Positions 58,572 to 64,000 of a stretch of DNA of 64,000 bases are shown here, piece by piece (the first letter of the stretch is position 1; the number at the start of each line of letters is the position of its first letter). Source of the stretch: an uncultured Gemmatimonadales bacterium (GTDB lineage: Bacteria; Gemmatimonadota; Gemmatimonadetes; Longimicrobiales; RSA9); contig CAVUKA010000007.1 in the NCBI GenBank assembly GCA_963741945.1, positions 61,585 to 125,584 on the forward strand. Reading direction: 5' to 3'. The notes beneath the pieces are model-generated. The model worked only from the letters and a program-made list of their open reading frames with translations, had not been told where the DNA came from and made no database searches. Position numbers and translations under genes: made by a program.

Positions 58572-60671
58572 ATGGAAAGCGGCGCGCAGGCCAGGAACTG
58601 GATGGTGGAACGACACATCCAGGGGAGGGGGATCGAGGAGGAGGCGGTCCTGGACGCGATGCGCGAGGTGCCCCGGGAAGCGTTCCTGCCGCCGGAGCTG
58701 GCCGGCTACGCGTACCAGGACCAGCCGCTTCCCATCGGCGAGCGGCAGACCATCTCGCAGCCGTACGTGGTGGCCCTCATGGCACAGCTGGCCGAGCTCC
58801 AGGAGGGTGACCGGGTCCTCGAGGTCGGCACGGGCTCCGGGTACGCCGCCGCCGTGTTCAGCCGGATCGCCAGCCGCGTCTTCACCGTGGAGCGCCACGG
58901 CAGCCTGGCCGCGGAGGCGGAGGCGAGGTTTCGGGACCTGGGCTACGACAACATCGGCGTCGCGGTCCGGGATGGCACGCTCGGCTGGCCGGAGCACGGG
59001 CCGTACGACGCCATCATCGTCGCCGCCGGCTCTCCGGGCCGGATCCCCCCGGCACTGGCGGAGCAGCTGGCGCCGGGAGGACGGCTGATCATTCCGCGGG
59101 GAACCACCCAGGCCGGGCAGGACCTGGTACGGGTGCGGCGCACCGAGGGGGGAGAGCTCGAGGAGGAGTCGCTCGGCGCCGTCCGGTTCGTCCCGCTGAT
59201 CGGCTCGGCCGGGTGGAGGCCGGAGCGGGAGGTGCCGGAGCGGGGGCCGGGCGAGCCGGACGCCGCGCCCCCGACGGCGCCGGCCGCGAAGCCAGCCGAG
59301 AAGCCGGGCGAGATCCTGACCCAGGCCACGGCAGCGCGGGAGGGGGCCCGGGTTGGCCGGCCGCGGTCGCTGCCCGGGCTGATCGCGGACTCGGCTCAGC
59401 CGTTCGACGATCTGGCGAACGCCGACCTCGCCCCGCTCCTCGAGCGCATCGGTGACGCGCACCTGGTGCTCATCGGCGAGGCCAGCCACGGGACATCGGA
59501 GTTCTACCGGTTCCGCGCCCGCATCACCCGGGCGCTGATCGAGCGCAAGGGCTTCCGGTTCGTGGCGGCGGAGGCCGATTGGCCCGATGCCGCGGAGATC
59601 GACGCCTACGTCCGCCACGACCCCGACCACCGCCCCGGGGCGAAGCCGTTCCAGCGCTTTCCCCGCTGGATGTGGGCGAACACCGACGTGCTGGAGTTCG
59701 TCCACTGGCTTCGCGGCCACAACGAGGGGCAGTCCGATCGAGGCGCCATGGCGGGCTTCCACGGGCTCGACCTCTACTCGATGCACAGCTCCATCGAGGC
59801 GGTCCTCGAATACCTCGATGACGTGGACCCGGACGCGGCGGCCGTGGCCCGCGACCGCTACGCCTGCCTCACGCCCTGGCAGAACGACCCCGCGCTCTAC
59901 GGCCGCGCTGTCCTCACTGGCTCCTTCGACCAGTGCGAGGACGACGTCGTCCGCATGCTCAACGACCTGCTGGCCAAGCGGATGGAGTACGTCCGCCGCG
60001 ACGGCCGCCGCTTCGTCGACGCCATCCAGAACGCCCGGCTCGTGGCCAACGCGGAGAAGTACTACCGGACCATGTACCGGGGCTCGGTCTCGTCGTGGAA
60101 CCTCCGGGACCAGCACATGTTCGACACCCTGTCCGTGCTGCTCCAGGTCTACGGCCCCGGGGCCAGAGGCGTGGTGTGGGCCCACAACTCCCATCTCGGC
60201 GACGCCTCCGCCACCGCCATGGGCGCCCGCGGCGAGCACAACGTGGGGCAGCTGGTTCGGCAGGCCCACCGCGGCGGAGCCTACCTGATCGGCTTCGGCA
60301 CCCACACCGGCACCGTCGCCGCCGCGTCGAACTGGGGGGAGGCGATGGAAGTGAAGAGCGTCAATCCGTCACACCCGCGCAGCTACGAGCACCTCGCGCA
60401 CCAGGCCGCGCCCGACAACTTCCTGCTCCCCCTGCGCCGGCCACGGGAGCCGGCGCTCCGGGAGCGGCTGCTCGCGGACCGCCTCGAGCGGGCCATCGGC
60501 GTGATCTACCGCCCCGAGACCGAGCTCCAGAGCCACTACTTCGATGCTTCACTGCCCCGCCAGTTCGACGAGTGGATCTGGTTCGAGGAGAGCCGGGCCG
60601 TGACGCCCATCGGCGAGGAGCACCGGGCAGAGCTGGAGCGACTGCCCGAGACCTTCCCGTTCGGCGTCTGA
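58572..60671 (+). CDS. pcm: protein-L-isoaspartate O-methyltransferase fused to an erythromycin-esterase-family domain
   Basis: QTISQPYVV, VLEVGTGSGY, PYDAIIV, RFVPLIG; Pro-rich linker; IGEASHGTSEFY, EADWPDA, WNLRD, WAHNSHLGDA, ERAIGVIYRP. Confidence 0.92.
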   Translation: MESGAQARNWMVERHIQGRGIEEEAVLDAMREVPREAFLPPELAGYAYQDQPLPIGERQTISQPYVVALMAQLAELQEGDRVLEVGTGSGYAAAVFSRIASRVFTVERHGSLAAEAEARFRDLGYDNIGVAVRDGTLGWPEHGPYDAIIVAAGSPGRIPPALAEQLAPGGRLIIPRGTTQAGQDLVRVRRTEGGELEEESLGAVRFVPLIGSAGWRPEREVPERGPGEPDAAPPTAPAAKPAEKPGEILTQATAAREGARVGRPRSLPGLIADSAQPFDDLANADLAPLLERIGDAHLVLIGEASHGTSEFYRFRARITRALIERKGFRFVAAEADWPDAAEIDAYVRHDPDHRPGAKPFQRFPRWMWANTDVLEFVHWLRGHNEGQSDRGAMAGFHGLDLYSMHSSIEAVLEYLDDVDPDAAAVARDRYACLTPWQNDPALYGRAVLTGSFDQCEDDVVRMLNDLLAKRMEYVRRDGRRFVDAIQNARLVANAEKYYRTMYRGSVSSWNLRDQHMFDTLSVLLQVYGPGARGVVWAHNSHLGDASATAMGARGEHNVGQLVRQAHRGGAYLIGFGTHTGTVAAASNWGEAMEVKSVNPSHPRSYEHLAHQAAPDNFLLPLRRPREPALRERLLADRLERAIGVIYRPETELQSHYFDASLPRQFDEWIWFEESRAVTPIGEEHRAELERLPETFPFGV

Positions 60672-60736
60672 CGCCGCCCGCCTGGCGGAGCCAGCGGCTC
60701 GGACGCGGCGGGGGGCGGCCGACGAATTCGGCGAGA

Positions 60737-60767
60737 GCGGGCTCACGGCGAAACGCCAGAAACCCGC
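60737..60767 (-). terminator. hairpin downstream of the tRNA fragment
   Basis: Minus strand GCGGGTTT-CT-GGCG-TTT-CGCC-GT-GAGCCCGC folds into an imperfect stem. Confidence 0.35.
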
Positions 60768-60783
60768 GCCGTTGCCTGCAAAG

Positions 60784-60835
60784 CGGAGGGCCGGGGATTC
60801 GAACCCCAATGGGCTTGCGCCCGGCGGTTTTCAAG
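60784..60835 (-). tRNA. 3' half of tRNA-Ser(TGA); att-site remnant, not a complete tRNA
   Basis: Minus strand CTTGAAA-ACCGC-C-GGGCGCAAGCCC-ATT-GGGGTTCGAATCCCC-GGCCCTCCG: anticodon loop, long variable arm, T-arm, acceptor 3' strand. The upstream GGTGC cannot pair with ACCGC, and no D-arm is present. Confidence 0.85.
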
Positions 60836-60953
60836 GCACCTTTTCGCCTGTTTTGCCCTGTTGGCCCCTGTTGTCTGGCGTAGGGTTTAGCGTTGTGACA
60901 GTAGGCGAACCGGCACCCCTGTTGTTGTTGCCGGTGTCGCCAGTTTGTCGGAG

Positions 60954-60983
60954 TTTGGCACATTTGGCACACCGTTGGCACAC
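60954..60983. repeat. three tandem TTGGCACA repeats, putative integrase arm-type sites
   Basis: TTTGGCACA-TTTGGCACAC-C-GTTGGCACAC about 120 nt from the anticodon-loop junction. Confidence 0.65.
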
Positions 60984-61292
60984 CAGATCCCCCGGCGGTT
61001 TTCATACGGTTGCGTCACCGCTGGCGGTGTGACAGCCGGAAGGGCCACGGCGCATGGGAGGGCACCGCACGGTGGCGAAGCTGGCCCGCGAACGGGCGGC
61101 CGAGCTGGAGGCGCTGGCGTCGGGGAGCTTGGATGGCTCGCGGGGGGCGTAGGTTGCGGGGGCGGGTCTGGCCGCGCTCGTTCTTGATTTCGGCGTCGAA
61201 ATTCAAAACCTCGTCTGGCCGCGCCGCAGGGGCGGGAGATCGAGCGGGATAATGAGGTCCGCGACCTCGACCAACCCCTGCCGCGCCCCCCT

Positions 61293-61538
61293 CTAGCGGT
61301 CGCTCTTGTGGGCCATCTGCCAGGCGTCGCCCGTGCCGGGCTTCTCGTTCGTCTCCGGCGCAGCGCAGACCCAGAGGGAGCCGTCCCGCGTCACCGCGTC
61401 GCCCTTCGTGTAGCTGACGGCCTGGCCGGCCCGAATGCCCTTGTATCGCATCGTCTCGGCCCGGGCCGCCTTGATTTCGTCGCGCACATCCAGCACCACG
61501 CGCGCCACCTCGTCCACATACGCGGTCAGCGCGGCCAC
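61293..61538 (-). CDS. small phage head-associated protein with CBM5/12-like motif
   Basis: YKG...SYTKGDAVTRDGSLWVC...KPG..DAWQM. The RBS-associated ATG (about 61552) is out of frame, so the start may be frameshifted. Confidence 0.65.
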   Translation of the reverse strand: MAALTAYVDEVARVVLDVRDEIKAARAETMRYKGIRAGQAVSYTKGDAVTRDGSLWVCAAPETNEKPGTGDAWQMAHKSDR

Positions 61539-61548
61539 TTCATCTGTG

Positions 61549-61746
61549 TCATGATCGCCTCCAGGAGCCTACGGGTGTAGCGGCGATGCGGTCGGAGTGG
61601 TCCGCGGTCGCCAGCGCGGCGGCGCGCACCTCCTCGCCGTAGAGCGGCATGATGCCGGCCCAGGCTTGCGGATCCGCCGCGTCGAACGGCTCCCCGTAGG
61701 CGCCCTCATACCGCGCCCTGGCGCGGTCCCATTCGGTCGATTCCAT
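61549..61746 (-). CDS. hypothetical phage protein
   Basis: GGAGGGAG RBS; starts 4 nt after the capsid stop. Confidence 0.55.
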   Translation of the reverse strand: MESTEWDRARARYEGAYGEPFDAADPQAWAGIMPLYGEEVRAAALATADHSDRIAATPVGSWRRS

Positions 61747-61750
61747 CGGT

Positions 61751-62668
61751 TCAGCTCCCTCCCATGTCGAGCACGACGACCGCGTCATCTCGGACCCGCT
61801 CCCAATTCGCTTCGATTTCAGCCCGCAACGCCACGCTGTTCGTCTGGAACATCGAAACCAGCTCGCCGGAGCCGGCCGGGTCGTCGCTCATCTCCAACGT
61901 GGCATCGGGGCCGGGCAGGATGTCGATCCCGCCTTCCGCCACGACGACGCCATCCGGGGCCACGGCCACGATGAGGTCTTCCGCCTCGGGCGTCACCACG
62001 ACCGGCACCAGGGCATCCGCTCCCCGGAGCGCCGCCACGATGCGCACGGCCCACGGCAAGCTCGCAATGATGACCGGCTCGTCTCCCACGGCCAGCAGGT
62101 CCACCGAATGCTCAAGGAGCGAAGCGTCATCGGTCCCGGTCGCCGGAATCGCGGCAATGCCGTTCGTCAGAGACGACAGCAGCTCGGTATTGATGGCGGT
62201 GCCGAGCGCCGACGCGAGCTGCCGGTTGATGGCCTCATCGGACCCGGGGGCCGTGGACCGCACCAGCTCGGCCGTCATCACGATGATCGTGCCCACCACG
62301 CCCGGCGACAGCGTCACCGTGTCGAACGGCATGGACGAAATCGGCTTGAGCGCCCCGGGCGTGCTGATGCGGTAGCCAGTGGGCCGGGCCGTCTGTATGG
62401 GCGTCGGCACCCCGAACGGGGCGCGGAGGAACGGCACCCGGTCCAGAAGTGAACGGCGCTCCACCAGCTCGCGGAACGCTCCGGCGCCGGGCAGGCTGGC
62501 GAGCGGCGCCGCCCAGGTCTCCCCGGTGGAGCTGCCGGCCGAGACGGCGGCCTTGCGCATCGTGGCAATGCCGTCCTTGTCCAGCGCCAGGGCCCGGACC
62601 ATGCCGGAGAACGTGCCCAGCGTGCGGGCGGCCTGGCGTTCGATCAGGTCGTTGGCGGTGGGGGTCAT
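61751..62668 (-). CDS. HK97-fold major capsid-like protein (305 aa)
   Basis: KAAVSAG...WAAPL, KPISSMPFDTVTL, MTAELVR, ATLEMSDDP, LVSMFQTNSVALRAE..NW...DAVVVL; AGAGG RBS. Confidence 0.85.
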   Translation of the reverse strand: MTPTANDLIERQAARTLGTFSGMVRALALDKDGIATMRKAAVSAGSSTGETWAAPLASLPGAGAFRELVERRSLLDRVPFLRAPFGVPTPIQTARPTGYRISTPGALKPISSMPFDTVTLSPGVVGTIIVMTAELVRSTAPGSDEAINRQLASALGTAINTELLSSLTNGIAAIPATGTDDASLLEHSVDLLAVGDEPVIIASLPWAVRIVAALRGADALVPVVVTPEAEDLIVAVAPDGVVVAEGGIDILPGPDATLEMSDDPAGSGELVSMFQTNSVALRAEIEANWERVRDDAVVVLDMGGS

Positions 62669-63047
62669 GCGGCGGCCTCTTCGGTTCGGGTGTCCGTAGC
62701 AGCGTCACGAACCAAAGATGCCGGAGTGGAACCCTTCCCCGCGCGTGCAACATGCACCTTCTCGCGGCTCGCGGCGGTCCAGCGTCGAGCCCAGCTCCGC
62801 ACCGTCTCCCGTTCCAGCCCCAGGCGGTCCGCGGCGGCGTGGAGCGCCTCACCGGGGGCGAACCCTGCCGAACCAGCCGGGCGGCCTCCAGAATGCACGC
62901 GGCAGCCTGGAACGGCGGGGCGACGGGGGTGCGCCTCCAGTCGTGCAGGTCCAGCAGCTCGCGCAACTCCTCCAGGGCCGCCAGGAGCGACGGCGATAGC
63001 ACGGCCTCGATGGCGGCCCGGTCACCGGGTGCGGCGCGGCGAGGCAT
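62665..63047 (-). pseudogene. hypothetical protein with HTH-like segment, frameshifted near 62865
   Basis: MPRRAAPGDRAAIEAVL...AARLVRQG joins FAPGEALHAAADRLGLERETVRSWARRW if one G is added to a G run; ends in an ATGA overlap with the capsid gene. Confidence 0.55.
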
Positions 63048-63048
63048 C

Positions 63049-63234
63049 TCAGTCCAACCGCTTCCAGAAGCGCGTGGCACGGTCGGACGGCTTGCCGGGC
63101 GTGGGCAACAGGCACAACCAGCGATGGGGCCCGTAGGAGCACCACCTCACCGGGCTCGCGGACCAGCCCGGCCCGGGCCACCGCCGCACGGGCGGCTCCT
63201 CGTCCTGGCGGGGCGGCGTCGGGTGCTCAGTCAT
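63049..63234 (-). CDS. hypothetical phage protein (frame uncertain)
   Basis: Fits tightly between its neighbours; an alternative frame looks equally protein-like. Confidence 0.35.
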   Translation of the reverse strand: MTEHPTPPRQDEEPPVRRWPGPGWSASPVRWCSYGPHRWLCLLPTPGKPSDRATRFWKRLD

Positions 63235-63547
63235 CGGTGGGCCTCAAGCCACGCGCGGCGACTCTCGGTGAGGGCATCAGCGCGTCATCGTCCACGTATC
63301 CGTCGTCGTCGGCCGGGAGCGCCTCGAAGGTGCGGAGGTCGTCGGGAACGCCGGGCTCGTAGTACCAGAACGGTTCGCAGTACTGCAACCTGCCCGGCGC
63401 CTCGGCCCGGAGCGCGAGCCAGGCGCGGCGGGCTTCGGCCTCCGAACCCCAATACTCGGTCCAGCAGGACATCTCCAGCGCGGCCCAGGACGCCCCCAAC
63501 GTCCAGCGCAACGGCCGGCCCTTCGTGCTCTTCTTTCTCCGCGGCAT
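63227..63547 (-). CDS. hypothetical Trp-rich phage protein
   Basis: ATG 4 nt after the terS stop with RBS; YWGSEAEARRAW...PFWYYE. Confidence 0.65.
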   Translation of the reverse strand: MPRRKKSTKGRPLRWTLGASWAALEMSCWTEYWGSEAEARRAWLALRAEAPGRLQYCEPFWYYEPGVPDDLRTFEALPADDDGYVDDDALMPSPRVAARGLRPTDD

Positions 63548-63551
63548 GGCC

Positions 63552-63884
63552 TCAGCCCTCCTGCACGTATCGGCCGGCAATGTAGGGCGGCCTGGCCTCG
63601 TCCTCGTCTATCGAAAGCCCAAGCTCCCGCAGGAGCAGCCGCATGGAGTCGAGCGCCTTCCGTTCCGCGTCCACCGCCGGGTGGACAATCCGGGCGCCGA
63701 AGCGGTTCTCGATGACCGCTCCCTCAGCCTCAATGACCCGTCGGAACTCGGCCGCCCGGTCGGCCTGCACCGCAGCCGCCTCCAGCAGCGGCCGGCGGTG
63801 GTCCTCCACGTCAAACTCGGCCTCGACCGCGGCAATGAGCTGCTTGCCGGCCATCGGGGTGGGGGTCTGGGGTCGCTTCGTCAT
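63552..63884 (-). CDS. terS: P27-family phage terminase small subunit
   Basis: GGAGG RBS; LLEAA...D...R.VIEAEG..IENRFG...VHPAVDAERKA...LLRELGL. Confidence 0.85.
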   Translation of the reverse strand: MTKRPQTPTPMAGKQLIAAVEAEFDVEDHRRPLLEAAAVQADRAAEFRRVIEAEGAVIENRFGARIVHPAVDAERKALDSMRLLLRELGLSIDEDEARPPYIAGRYVQEG

Positions 63885-63963
63885 GTCCGTCCTCCAAAAC
63901 AGGGTCCGTCGGGGTGATGGTAGGCGGTGTGACTAATGGGGCGTCGGTCAGGAGGCAAGCGTC

Positions 63964-63995
63964 CGAAATCTTTGACCCTCCCCCCCGAGGGGTCC
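63964..63995 (-). other. cos-like packaging site candidate
   Basis: Minus strand GGACCCCTCGGGGGGGAGGGTCAAAGATTTCG about 80 nt upstream of terS; resembles the G-run + GTCAAA context seen before P27 terS genes of cos phages. Confidence 0.45.
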
Positions 63996-64000
63996 TCACG

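Larger units (their letters stand above)
60829..64000 (-). mobile_element. end of a tRNA-Ser-integrated phage-related element (candidate PICI-like satellite), continuing past the window
   Basis: tRNA 3' fragment, arm-type repeats, co-oriented terS and capsid genes, cos-like sequence. Confidence 0.8.

Noticed and set aside
59400-60671. Macrolide resistance gene
   Set aside because: Belongs to the broad chromosomal Ere-like family fused to PIMT; no evidence of resistance function.
60784-60835. Functional tRNA or tRNA-Sec
   Set aside because: 5' half is missing, and the loop is CTTGAAA (Ser TGA), not CTTCAAA (Sec).

Overview
High-GC bacterial chromosome segment. Gene content (SusC/SusD pair, ADOP-type permease remnant, TolB-N/TPR protein) suggests Gemmatimonadota or a similar lineage; this is inference. 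About 60 CDS are supported. Main blocks: (i) a decayed left end (CheB-like gene, truncated AbiEii toxin, disrupted MFS gene); (ii) SusC/SusD; (iii) DUF134 + NifB/NifX-family pair behind a perfect palindrome; (iv) a TolC/MFP/two-ATPase efflux operon whose permease survives only as a 56-codon stub; (v) a group 3b [NiFe]-hydrogenase operon interleaved with two receivers, a hybrid kinase and a membrane kinase, behind a near-perfect Rex box; (vi) sahR-ahcY; (vii) a Tat-exported, probably Asp-ligated DMSO-reductase-family molybdoenzyme with FeS subunit, NrfD anchor and TorD chaperone; (viii) qNor; (ix) at the right end, the 3' half of tRNA-Ser(TGA) with arm-type repeats, bounding a compact element that has a cos-like site, P27 TerS and a short HK97-fold capsid gene but no TerL, portal or tail genes in view. 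Block ix is a candidate PICI-like phage satellite. Several single-base frameshifts may be assembly errors. All family calls are from motif recognition by eye; no searches were run.
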